Source: Azolla caroliniana
Lineage: Eukaryota; Plantae; Polypodiophyta
Reading direction: 5' to 3'
Assembly: GCA_043228905.1 (NCBI GenBank)
Contig: JBHGNT010000006.1
Coordinates: 1,922,001-1,986,000 of the forward strand
DNA length: 64,000 nucleotides
Shown: positions 51,088 to 64,000 of the stretch, piece by piece
Position numbering within the stretch: the stretch's first letter is position 1
Layout: each line of letters opens with the position of its first letter
Program-made: the position numbers and the translations under genes
Notes under the pieces: model-generated
Seen by the model: only the letters and a program-made list of their open reading frames with translations
What the model was told of the DNA's origin: nothing
Databases searched by the model: none

Positions 51088-54000
51088 TCATTCAATTTGA
51101 ATTCCATTGCCTAACGCTAATTGATGAAGCCCTTCAATCTTCTCGGCGTCCGCAATACGCCCCCCATTTGTCAAACCGAATACAACGATTCGATATGTTT
51201 TCCGTGTTGCTGTAAGTCCAAATTGCGACATTTCATGGAAACTAGCTAAAGCATCATCCAACTTTCCAGCCTTCATAAAGGCAGCAAGCATCGAATTCCA
51301 AACTACAACATCCAAACCACGTCCACCACTTTCTTTCAAATCCTGAAAAATTTCAGATGCCTCTTCTATATACCCAGCCTTCCCATACCCATCTATTAGA
51401 GCACTGTATGTAAATGGATCCGGCCCACAACCTCTTGCTTCCATGTCTTTCAGAAGACTCTTGACAATTTCAAGTTCTCCCACTTTTGCTAAAGCATGAA
51501 TCAATGTGTTGAAAGTAATGGCATTTGGGTGACAGCCAAAGGAATCCATTTCCTGAAAGTACGAGTAAGCCTCTTTAACCTTGCCCACCCTTGTAAGACT
51601 GTTGATAATGGAACTGTAAGTAACAACATTAGGTACATGGCCTCTTGCTTTCATCTCCTTGAAGTATCGCAGTGCTTCATACACATTGCCTGATTTGCCT
51701 ATGGCTGAGATGAGAGCTGTGTATGTCACCACATCAACCACACCCACTTTATCTTTAACCCTCTCAAACAACGCTTTCGCAGCACCCACCTTTTTCGCCT
51801 TCCCTAGACTATCTATAAGAATGGAGAATGTAAAAGCATCTGGATTGATTCCATCATCAGCCATTTGCTTCACAATCATCGATGCTGCCTCCACATGTCC
51901 TGATCGTCCGAGCGCTTTGAATAGTGTATTGTAGATTATAAGGTTTGGTTGTATACCCAATTCCATCATATCTTTCCATAGTGCATATGCTTCATCAATC
52001 AAGTTGGCCCTCCCCACATGGTTTATAATGGTAGAGAATGTGATCACATTAGGGTCAATATTCATTCCCTTCATGTCATGATACAACCTTAAAGCTTCTG
52101 AAAGATCACCCTTCTTGCCCAACATATCAATGAGTGTGTTATATGTCACTACATTAGGCTGAACACCTTGACCTTGCATCTCAAGAAAGAGTTTCATGGC
52201 ATCATCTAATCTGCCCTCTGTTGCAAAGCCTTTTATCACAGAATTGAATAAGCCAGGTCTTAGTTGACCTGCCTTGGCTATAAGTTCTTGCAAAAGGTTG
52301 TAAGCTATCCCAGCTTCACCATTCTGAGACCATAAAAAAATCAGATCGTCAAGGATGGCTGCATCTGGATCTCTTCCTTGCGATTTAAGCTCCCAATAAA
52401 GGCCATAAGCCTCTTTGGAAAACCCAGCTTTAACTAGGCTTCCTATTAATGCTTTGAAAACTTGCATGGATATGGTTAAACCACGCTTCGCAGACTCTTC
52501 AAGAAATTTGATTGCTTGTTGTACATGGCCAGCCTTACTTAGGCTTGAGACTAATTCACCAAACATTGATTTTCTATAAACTCCACCTGTGCCGAGCATT
52601 TCAACAAAGATACCAATAGCATCTTCAAGATGACCTAACCTTGAAAGTCCGCCAACAAGTTCTACATGTGCTTCTATACTCGCCATTTCATCACGAGACT
52701 TCATCTCTTTAAACACTTTAAGCCCGTCCTCAACCTTAGCTTCCCTGCAAAGAGAAACTATCTGGGTGCTATAATGATCTGTTTCACTGTTAGGGTTTCC
52801 GGTTCTCCCTTTCCAGGTGGGAGCTAAGATCTTGTCCTTATCTTTCTTCGGGTCGTCAGAATCCCCTGAATTCAACAGAAGAAAACACAAAAGTATTGAT
52901 GGAACATCTAAGGGGAAATGTACGAGCTGAGATGAGCCTTGTAAGAATTTATTAAGTTTATTATTAATTCTCAATCTCATTACCACTAAGGAGACATTAG
53001 CAATGGTATCTATGTGATATTCCCTAGGTTGTAGCCATTTTCAAGCCTTATATGTTTATTTAGTTATCAGGGTTTAGATATTATTAGAAACAAGGAAAAT
53101 CCAATGAACTTATGGATTTTTTTCTATTGGTGTTACACATTGTAGGCTCTATATCTGTCGCATTATTAGCATGGAGCCTTTAAGTAATATCACTAATGCA
53201 TCGACAGTTCAGGTAATCTTAACACTACAAATGATATTCATATTCATATGCTGTATGAATATTGGTATGCCAAAATCTCACATTGCAAAAAACATTTGCA
53301 TCCTTTATCATTGTCACCTTCGATATCAAAGATCACAAAAATATAGATTTATGGATTGCTGAGGCTTTGATGTTTAACATTTTATTAGTGTGGAAACCCA
53401 GGAGAACATGTAGCATCAGGTTGGGGTGTGGACCAACTAATGCCACTACTTAGTTGAGGCACTGGGCTTCTTTGTTCCCCTTGCTCTACTTTGAAATCAT
53501 TGCATCAATAACAGAGACAAACCATTACCATTTCATCTAGCACAAGAAGTTTTTTAACTCTTTTATTCTATACTTTCTAAATTAAAGTCATATTTAAGTT
53601 ACATACTTATTTTCAAAAAAAAACACAATTCCAGAAAAAGTGAGTTTGGCTCAAACATCAACCAACATTTGAACCAAAGTCATTCCACTACCTTGCTAAT
53701 ATAGGATATACAGGCAATGCCAAGGCCACTTTTGGGGGAACATGTTGCCCTATAGCGTTTATCTAGCAGCATTGTGCATGCATGACAACAAACAACCTCA
53801 ATTCTAGAATAGCGCAACGGTGGACCAAACATCGATCAATGTTTGAGCCATAAGTGTTCCAAAATTATTATCTTCCTTCATAAATCAGTAACTTAAATAT
53901 GAATTTCTTTTACAGATCATAAAAACAAAAAGTTAAGAAAAGATGTATCAATTATATTACATGAATCGCTAGTGGGTTGGCCTTATTTTATATAATGAAC

Positions 54001-57000
54001 TCAAATCTTATTTTTGCTTGTTATTACTTTACTCATGTATATTTCATGAAAGTTCACACAAACATTAACATGGGGCAAATGGAACCCTGTATAAGTAAAC
54101 AAAAATAAGCATATTTCCTTATTCGCAATATTTTTCCAATTTTTTATTCTATGAGAGAAGGATGTAAAGGTTTTCTACAATGTGGAATTTAACATTACCA
54201 ATATTTATAAAGTCTACAAATACTGACATCCTGTGTACCATTACATCACTTGAATGCTGATCGTATTAGTGACGCTCCATGTTACTATGAGAGGAATACA
54301 GCTGGTGTACATTACAGAAGATATCTATAAATTCATAAAAAGATAGGTAAATAAGAACATCATTTGCCCCATTATTTCATGTAATGGGTTCAAACAATTG
54401 TTGTATATGAATCTAACGTAGGGCATACATAAATTCATAAGGCAATGTTGAGAATCGAACTCAACTTCCACAATAAAATGGTTTTCACACTAGCCAATGG
54501 ACACACTAGGCTAGTTTTGTAAATAACAGAAAGGGTAGTTGCCCTAGACTAGTTGGTATTTAAACCAACCTTTTGTAACTTAGTTACTGCTGGATGTAAT
54601 TTTATTGTTCACTAATATAGCTTATTGTTCTAAGATCTCTCTCTCTCTCTCTGCTTGTCTTACGTACACTTGCACACACACAGTTTACTTCTGCTGCACA
54701 GCATCACCTACGCCTCTCATTTCTTTACATGGTATCAGAGCGTGTAGTTTTCTGATCGAGCTTATTCAACTGTGTTGTGCTACACACCGACAATCAACAA
54801 AACCGGTTCAACAACAGAGAAGAAATCAACACCATGAATACTCAGATTGGAATCGCTCTTCCTACGGAGAAGCTCGATAGGACAAACTTCGCATCTTGGG
54901 AATACAAGATGCATCAATACCTTGTCAAACAAGGTTATTGGAGCTATGTCGAAGGAGCTATGTCGAAGGAGCTAACGAAAACCAACCCAACCCAGCACAT
55001 GCCGACTACCCAACATGGGAGCAAGCGGCCAGTCGTGTGATGTATTGCCTTGCATCATGTGTTCATGGTCACATGCTCGGCTACATTCGAGAGGCGAAAA
55101 CGCCGAAGGAAGCTTGGGCCAACCTCAAGAAAATCTCCGCAGCCAACACAGTTGCACGTAAGCTCCAACTCCGACAGGAGTTGAATAACATGCAACAGAG
55201 GGACATGTCAATCACCAGCTATACATTGACGATCAAGGAGTAGTGTGATGCCCTCGGGTTGATCAATGTCATCATCGACGATGATGAAATGGTGCAAATA
55301 TGCCTCGGCAGCCTAGCACCACGATTTGGCACGATTAGATCGGCCATTCTTGCAAGGGAGAATCCTCCTTCCTTTTTCGACCTTCAATCGATACTGTTGG
55401 TTGAAGAAAATCATGCCTGACAAAGGAGTAATGCACCCGATGGTCAGATGCTCTACCCCCAATCGGATGATGGAAGAGGATTCGGCCGAGGAAACAAAGA
55501 CCGACAGGGTCAGCCAACCCGAGAATGCAATTCCCATCATTCGCAAGAGGCCAAAAACACTCCTAGGGAGTTCGGCAAAAGGGGGAGCCATCTTGCCGGA
55601 CCAAGCCACCAAAACAACCCAATCAAATGCGAGTATTGTGGAAAACTCAGACACTACGAAGAATGCCGAAAGAAGAAACGAGAGTCGACTTCGACTCGCC
55701 GACAACTCACAAACTATGCCACAAATTCCAACTATGACGACCATGGCAGAATGTTCGTACTGAGGCACAAAGCACATTTGATGTCAGCACAAAGCCCAAC
55801 AAGCACCTCTTATCAGACAATGTATGGTTTGTAGACTCTGGAGCATCCAATCACATGACGTCTCACGAAGATTGGTTCCGAGAGTTGAGAAATCTCGATC
55901 GACCCGGCTATGTCAAAACCGGAGATGACACAACCCACTCGATTCGCCATATCGGAAATGACGGCAAACAAACCTACCTCAAGAACGTCTTGCATCTCCT
56001 AACCATCACGAAAAACTTGGTCTCGGTTGACCACATTGTCGAACAAGGCATGCAAGTACAATTCAATAATGACGGGTGCTTTATTGAAAAAGAAGGTCAA
56101 CTAGTAGCTCACGGTCGAAGAGAAGGCCGAATGTTCATCCTCAAATCGAACGAGGTGAAGTCGGCTATGTTCGCAAAAGGCCTCAAAGTCGAAACCGACT
56201 TGAAACTGTGGCACAAACGAATTGGCCACATCAATATCCAGAAGCTCAAAGGAATGTAGTCGAAAGGAGTTGTCATCGGACTCCCAACTTTTACCGGAAA
56301 GGAGATGGTAGTTTTATGTGAAGCCTGTCAGTTCGGCAAACAACACCGACAACCATTCCAGAAAGAGAGGAACGTGAGCAAAGGGATCCTGGATGTAGTA
56401 CATTCAGATGTATGGGAACCAACCCAAACAGCAACATTCAGTGGTTCTCCAAGCATACCTGGATTTACCCTATGCGGCAAAAGAGTGAAGTGTTTGGACA
56501 CTTCCAAAAGTTTAAAAACGAAGTCGAAAAAGCCACAAGTCAGCATTCGAACGAATTTACAGTGTATCTCTAAAAGGAAGGAATTCGACGAGAATTCTCA
56601 TGCCGACACACACCTCAACAACATAGAGTAGCCGAACGAAAGAATCGGCACATAGTAGAGGTGGCAAGGGCAATGATGAACAAGAAGAACCTGCCAAAAT
56701 CATATTGGGCAGAAACGGTTAACACAGCCATCTATGTCATGAACAGGTGTACAAGCTCTGGGTACACAACGTAACCCCTCACGAGAAGTTCTTCGGAAAG
56801 AAGCCAAATTTATCCCACGTCTAGATATTCGGCTCAATCGCCCATGTACATATTCCCGACAAGAAGCAACAAAAGCTTGATCCAAAGTCAAAGAAAATGT
56901 ATCCTCGTACTCACTCAAACAAAAGGGGTACAAATGTTACAATCCGGCTACCCGAAAACTTCGAGCGAGTCGGGACATCGTTTTCGACGATTCCGACCCC

Positions 57001-59110
57001 AATCGACCCGAAATCGACCGAACAAGAGATAGAAGACGAAGATTGACTGAGGCACAAATTCGAAGAAAGTCCGATTACGACAAGGCTAAGTGGACCACAA
57101 GAGCCCCCGAGTGATCAAAGCACATCTCGGTCGAGTCCGAAGCCGGACAAAGGGAAAGCCAAAATGCCAAAATACGAAGATCTAATTGACAACGAGTCAA
57201 CTCACTCCCTTGACAATGAGTTCGAAGGCCTTGACATCCCAATCATTCAGACAAATGGAGCAAAGAAAGCCTTAGCCTCTGCAAACGAGAAGCTTCGTCG
57301 CTCCACCCGAGAGAAAAAAACGGTTAGCCGATTCGACTACGATAAGTATATGGCATATCATTATGCCTTTATGATGAAGGTGGCGACAGTCTGAGAACCG
57401 GAAACCTTTTCCGAGGCAACCAAGGATCCACGATGAATCGAAGTTATGAACGACGAAATGCAAGCTCTATGCAAAAACAAGACATGGGATCTCATCCCCC
57501 ATTCTCCACACAAGAAAGCAATCGGTTGTAGATGGATCTTCAAGGTAAAGTATAATGTCAACGGCTCGGTCAATCGCTACAAGGCACAACTCGTAGCCAA
57601 GGGATATGCTCAAACACACGGAGTCGATTATGAGGAGACCTTTGCCCCGGTGGCAAAGATGACGATTGTTTGGACAATCAATGCTCTCGCAGCTGCAAAA
57701 AGGTGGCACCTCCACCAAATGGATGTAAAGAACGCCTTCCTCCAAGGCGAACTAGAGGAGGTTTTCACGAATCAACCACCTGGTTTCGAATCGCCAAAAC
57801 ACCCGACAATAGTCTGCCAACTCAAGAAGCCGTTATATGGACTCAAGCAAGCACCGCGTGCTTGGCATTCGAAGATCACCCAATATCTTCACCAAATCGG
57901 CTTCCGAATATCAAAATCGGACAACTCCCTGTACATCAAAAACGAGTCAGACAACCTGATTATCATCATCCTGTATGTGGATGATTTGGTCATCAGAGGA
58001 AAGAATCTAGCCGACATTAATAAGGTCAAATCGCTCCTATCCGACAGATTCGAAATGAAAGATATGCAAGAGCTCCATTACTTCCTCGGTATCGAAGTAA
58101 TTCGGACACCAGTCAGGATACTCATTCGGCTCGAAGGGTACACGGATGCAAACTGGGCCGGCTATAAGGCCAATAGATGATCAATGTCCGGATTCGTCTT
58201 CTCACTCAGTAGCGGAGCCATCTCTTGGATTAGCAAAAAGCAGTTGACAATCGCACTGTCGAGCACAGAGGCCGAATACAGAGGCACGACCGTCGCCACA
58301 TTCGAAGCCGTTTGGCTGAAGCGTATACTAAAGGATCTGGGCGCTCCCATCAAGGATCTGATTCTCCTGTACTGCAACAACATGAGCAGTATTCATCTGG
58401 CTCGGAACCCGGTGTTCCACGCGCGAACTAAACACATTGAAGTACACTATCACTTCAATCGAGAAAGCATTCAGGCCAGAGATGTCGACCTACAACACAT
58501 CAGCACAAACCTTCAGGTTGCCAACATCTTCACAAAGGCCTTAGGAGTTGACAAGCTCGGGCAATTTACATCGGACCTTGGACTCACGATACACGTCTTG
58601 CCGAGCTTGAGGGGGAGTACCGAATAGCAGCCGATCAATCAATCAAAGCCGACTAGAGAAGTTGAAGTATGATGATAGCAGCTGATCGATCGATCGAAGT
58701 CGACCAGGGAAGTCGAAGCATGATGATGAAAGTTGAGCCGAACAAGGAGCATGAAGCAATCGTACAGTCGAAACCGTTTTGACTGACCATCCTGACAACA
58801 GAGTTGAAAGCCGAATTTAGCCAAACAATTGAATCGGAATAACTCAAAAGTCAAAGCCGATTCAGCCGAATCAAAGTATTTCGAAGACCGAACCGAACCA
58901 ATTTTTTGGCATCCGGGAGTTGTGTTCGAAGGGGCGTGTTGAGAATTGAACTCAACTTCCACAATAAAATGGTTTTCACACTAGCCAATGGACACACTAG
59001 GCTAGTTTTGTAAATAACAGAAAGGGTAGTTGCCCTAGACTAGTTGGTATTTAAACCAACCTTTTGTAACTTAGTTACTCTTAGATGTTCACTTATATAG
59101 CTTCTTGTTC

Positions 59111-59158
<48 letters not shown>

Positions 59159-62100
59159 TTGTCTTGCGTACAATTGCACAAACACACAGTTTACTTCCAT
59201 TGTACAGCATCACCTACGTCTCTAATTTCTTTACAAGCAATAATTTCTAATCAGTCGTGTTTTGTGTAAATTGTACATTAGATTGGACACTTCCATTAAC
59301 TTGATTTTAGTGGGATCCATGACAAAGCCATTTGATCAAATTCTTACACCAAGTCTCCACCAATAATGTTGAGTTTCATAAATACTACAATGTTTCTATA
59401 ATCTATCAAGTATATTGGGCTTGGATTTGGAACCCAAAACTAAAACATTAATTTACAATCATAAAAGACATTAACCAATTATTATTGTAAATACAAGGCT
59501 AATATTGTTACATGGACTAATGAACCAATAATGTTAGTCACAAAATGAAAATCATGATGATTAGCACGAGGAACCAACAATTGAATATAAAGTCAAAACT
59601 CATGAACATGATTTTATTTGTTTGGTATAAACCTAATGAAAGTGGTAAGTAAAAAGTAAAGAATAGATCAATATTAATTCAATATAGGAATTAGCAATCA
59701 AATATTAAGTTTAATTCATTAAAATATATTTAAAAACATAAATCTAATTGGTGGATGCAAAGCCCAATAAAGAAGTTTAACCATGATCAATTACTAATCA
59801 AAATAATTCATAACAAATATTGAAAGACTAAAAAACATTCATGGAAATTAAAGTTAAATTATGAGTGATTATCAGTCAAAATTAAGGTAATAAAATGAGG
59901 AACTCGCTCAAAATTTGTTAGAATCATGAAACAATATCTGAAATACCTCTAAATAATAGAAAATGTTAATTAAATGTAAGTAAAATCACATACATAAAAA
60001 ACATTAAACTTATGGTCAATGTAATGAAAAACATACAACATATTAATCAATTAGAAATAGTTTAATTAAAATTTTGGTTAAAGTGACAATTAATTAGCAT
60101 CGATCTGGTTGACAAATTAGGGAGTGTGAGACGTTGAAAGTAAGAATGGGTAGACAACATTAAGGAAAATAATGTGACTTAAGGAAAGAATTTGAATTTG
60201 TTTTAATTCAAGTGTTTTTATTTTCACCCCTCTTTCTTACTTAGAAAATGATGCAACATTAAATGACGTGGATGTTCTTGATAATAATAATAATGATTGT
60301 GATATACATGAAAAAATTATATGTTTGATGTGAAGTATTTATAGGTAAAAATTTGGGGAAAGGAGGGAATAAAGAACAAATGCTCGAAAAAGTCTATAGA
60401 GGACTATGTTTTGCCCATTGATTGAGGGAATTCTTGACAATCAATCCGAACTGATTATTTACAACTCTCACTTTCCCTAATGGCAGCAGTGCATGAACTT
60501 ACCTTAGGGAAATCTATCTTTAATTGAACCACATGTGTAATTGTACTCAAATACTCCTCCACCTTGATTGTGCAGGACATCGCTCATTTCAGATATCCTG
60601 GTTGCTATTATAATTAGTAAGTATTTTCCAACAACTGATCCATTCACCATATTTTTTCGTATTTTTCTAGTTCCATTCCCCTTTCATTCTTATCGTTGTC
60701 TCCATGTTCACATATACTTGGCAAAGGAGGCTTGAATAGCATGAAATCTGCATATAGCATCTATTATGACTTTTATGGCATTTTCGTTCATTGCCCCTCT
60801 TGCAAACACTAAACTTCCAAGTCATACATGATCATACATGTATTGTTGCTACCATCTTTGAGAGGTTACTATGATGGATTAGACTCAACAAACATCATCG
60901 TGAAGATGAGATTGATATGATGTCATCAAATCGAAGTAGAAAAGTGAACTTCCTTTACACATGAAAACTGCCGAGCATATGGCTACACAAACAATTACTT
61001 TAGTCTGAAAGTAATAACACAACCTCTTCAGGCAAAATATTCAGACATCTGGCACCCAACTTCGCCATACAGAGACCATAATTCTCTTAATGCTCGAATT
61101 CCCTCTTGTAACCATTACGTTATTGCATCCATAATTCAACCCCTTCTCTTCTCAAATCTCTATTAACTCTACTCTCATATATTCTCTTACCTGTTCAGCC
61201 ATCAGATTCTGTGACAAAATGGGGGTGATGTATTACTATTCTTCAAACGTCTGAGAGGCTCATTACTTCAGTATTTAGCTATAAAATTAGAATAGCCGAA
61301 AGAAGCATTGACCGATATCATTACCATAAGCTCATAGAAAGATGAAGAAAAGGGCAAGCAGAGAAGACGCACTATCACAATCTCTGGGTCAAAGAATATA
61401 GGTAGTGTTTCATTGGTGGCTTCAACATAGATAGCTTTTTCAATCGAGGTTATTTCTAGATCATGACAATGGATTTACCCCTGTGACATTGTAAAGAGAC
61501 TATTTACTACCTTTGCTCTTATAATTGTACAAATAATTATTTTTGGAGAACTTTATTAATTTTTAAGTAAAAGGATTATCCATGTATCACCATTCCATCC
61601 CAAATGCCCTAATTACTTTAGACTTGAAGGTATGGCCTTCTATTTCTCAGGAATCATCAATGGAACAATTAGATGCATTGGAGCTGAAGAGAACTCCCTT
61701 TCTTTGATTTTTTTCTATTCAAACACAAAATTCATTGCCTTGACCAGAAGTTTCCTTCAATTGGTCATTTGTGTGCTGACATATTGCAGCATAAAGCTGG
61801 GGATTCCCTTATTATTATAAACAACTTGTCCAAAGTTTTTGTCTAGTTTATCTAATTGGAATGCAGCAAGCATCATTCCTATATCACTACCACAGATCCC
61901 GTAAATACATGTTCTGTAAATAGTTATTCTTGGTTCCAATTGAGATTCCTATCATGAACATCCACGTAGGGACGCTTTGAGAACTCTTTATTTTCCATCT
62001 TTATTCAATGTACAAACATGCCTTTCCTCTTGGAGTTGAACATAGCTCCTTTCTATTCAGAAAGTTTGGATCATTTCGCTAGCCTACATTCTTTAACTCA

Positions 62101-63026
62101 AATTTTTTTCCCATCTTCAACTGAATAACTAACAAACAGAGGGAGGAGAAACGAGAGAACGTGCCTGAATGAATTGATCTTTGATTTGATGTTCTCGAGG
62201 ATAGCATGTTATTGATGATACCCAAATCAAAAACTCTCTTTTGGATTTCTAAGAAGATCATATCAGTCAAGGCACCAGGTCCTCCAACAGTCTTCAATCT
62301 GCAGAATAACAAATGCACAGAGATTTTAAATAAACTAGCTTGTAAGCAAGCTCAAGGTTTTAAATTACTCAAAAATTTCTGTAAGATAATAAAATAAGAA
62401 AATATCTTGACAAGAAACTAGTTTCTGAAGAAGACACATGCTTTGAAATAATTAGAGAATGTTGCTGAATAACAAAAATAGCAAAGAAATGGCAAAGCAA
62501 ACATACTGAGTTGAAAACATGGACCAGGTTTTAAATTTTAAATTAAAACAAAATTGAAAAAATCTAGTTTGTATAAAAGACCAATGCTTTTGATTCCTTA
62601 AAACAAACTAGCTTGTAAACAAGGGCAAAATAGTAAAGATCTTGATCAAAATAAAGTACTCCTTTGAATTACTTTAATTTGTCCAAAATAAAGCAAAAAG
62701 AGACACGATCCTGCCAGAAACTAGCTTATATACAAACCACGTATTTTCAGTTACTTTGAAATTGACCAAATATAAAAGAGATTTTGATAAAATTAGCTTG
62801 TAAACAAGAATTACGCTTCAATTTCTTAAAAAGAACAGCTAGGAAAGAAGTCGTGTTTTTTAAAATTAACTGTGAAATTGAAAAGAAATAAAGGCAGAGA
62901 TTAAAGACAAAGTTCTCCTGAATTACTTAGAAAACCACTGAACATTACCTGATTGGGATACGAACTGAAGACCTCCATTGATACTGAAAAGAGCGTTTCA
63001 ATGGACTTAGCTCTGGTGGTGATGAT

Positions 63027-63063
<37 letters not shown>

Positions 63064-63139
63064 GGAGTGATCTGCTATAAGTGCCAATTGTTAAGATAGA
63101 GGATAATTTTCTGTAGAGAAAAGGAGATAAGCAGGCCAT
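51088..63139 (-). CDS. P-class pentatricopeptide repeat protein (~700 aa, probably mitochondrial), 3-exon model
   Basis: The main exon 52865-51088 has ~14 tandem 35-aa PPR motifs (PNVVTYNTLID...). Upstream exons 63139-62949 (Ser/Arg-rich targeting peptide) and 62298-62165 (GC donor) join in frame: 191+134+1778=2103 nt. The main exon is secure; the upstream joining is inferred. Confidence 0.8.
53550..53942. mobile_element. Decayed foldback/MITE-like inverted repeat
   Basis: Nested reverse-complement blocks: TCATATTTAAGTTAC/GTAACTTAAATATGA, TGGCTCAAACAT/ATGTTTGAGCCA, TTTTAACT/AGTTAAGA. Confidence 0.6.
54446..59235 (+). mobile_element. Ty1/copia LTR retrotransposon, both LTRs present, coding region disrupted
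   Basis: 5' LTR 54446-54729 and 3' LTR 58937-59235 (TGT...ACA). PBS TGGTATCAGAGC 54730-54741 (tRNA-iMet), PPT GAAGGGGCG before 58937, TSD GGCAA/AGCAA. Gag, protease VDSGASNHMT, integrase CEACQFGKQ/HSDVW, RT QMDVKNAFL/LYVDD, RNaseH SSTEAEY/RTKHIEV, with many stops and frameshifts. Confidence 0.96.
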
Positions 63140-63284
63140 AGAAGAGGCAAACGAACAAATTGGATTACATGGGTTCTCTCTGATGAGATCTTCTCAGGGA
63201 ACAGAGAGAACCCAGAGGAGCAAAGGTTTTATTTAGTTCATCTCTGTGTGTGTGTGTTCATCTGTGTCTGTGTGTGTACACGCT

Positions 63285-63312
63285 CAGGGGCCAATTTGGG
63301 GTTTTAGGGTTT
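63285..63312 (-). promoter_or_regulatory. Site II-like and telo-box motifs upstream of the PPR start
   Basis: GGGGCCAA at ~63286 and TTAGGGTTT at ~63304, about 150-170 nt upstream of ATG 63139. Confidence 0.4.
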
Positions 63313-64000
63313 AGAAACAAATTTTGTAAGCAGGAAGGTTTATGGAGGGGTTACATTCTTCTTCGTCTTCTTCTTGATTCAATATAATTGATCCACCAAG
63401 GTTCAAATCTTGTCCGTCACCTTCTCCTTACCACAACATCATTATCAATAGAGCCGACTACCTCTACCTTACTCTTTCTCTTTCTCTCCAATGTCACTTG
63501 CGGCATTGAGGCACGCATGAGGAGAGTCATCAATTATGCACATATGTATGTTTGTCGCCCCTAGCACGACAGAGGATCGCACTTTGATACGATATTGCTC
63601 CATCTTCAACCACATTGCAGCTTGCTTTCCATACATTGTTGGATCCATATCCAATTCCAAATCTATCCTTGCATAAGTTTCTCTCACAGCGACAATTTGC
63701 ATTCTCGATCGCGACATTCGTTGGTAAAATTCTTGAACAACTATTAACCCCACATCTACATGTGTGGAAATGTTTTGTTCTCGGTTTGGTGGATTGTATT
63801 TGACCTTCTATTACAAAAATAAAGGATCACTCTCTCTCAATGACTCCAAACGAAAAAAAGTGATAGCATTTAACTTTTCTCTTATAGGTCATATTTGACC
63901 CTTGAGGACTCTCGAGTGTATTATAGTGGTAAGCCATGTGTTTAGAGTCCTATACACTGGGTTTCAAATTTTGCAAACAATACATACTGCTTAGTAGTAG

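Noticed and set aside
52866-52986. N-terminal 40 codons of the 632-aa PPR ORF
   Set aside because: Starts at a non-ATG codon and contains a pyrimidine tract plus a CAG acceptor at 52866; interpreted as intron.
63469-63753. 94-aa minus-strand ORF
   Set aside because: No recognisable domain or splice context; possibly TE-derived but unsupported.

Overview
AT-rich, intron-containing land-plant nuclear DNA; a fern or other non-seed plant is a guess from protein divergence and TE types. Protein genes rebuilt from splice sites: the 3' end of histidinol-phosphate aminotransferase (HISN6), a decayed calcineurin B-like (CBL) pseudogene, an intronless Vps62/DUF946 gene, a 17-exon FTSH11-type protease, an atypical class III peroxidase, an RBL9-type rhomboid, a subgroup IVc (ILR3-like) bHLH, a small VVRLW-motif membrane protein, and a minus-strand P-class PPR gene whose ~9.3 kb intron holds a two-LTR Ty1/copia element. 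Gypsy, LINE and foldback remnants and many short tandem duplications fill the rest. The most notable signal is absent from the ORF track: a telo-box/TATA-driven ncRNA cluster at ~28.9-29.5 kb. It has two box C/D snoRNAs predicted to guide 18S Cm38 (snoR66-like). Between them lies an unusual ~235-nt H/ACA-like RNA with internal C/D-like cassettes and a 3' hairpin complementary to both flanks of 25S helix 89. All coordinates were counted by eye and rRNA comparisons use recalled conserved sequence, so they need computational confirmation.
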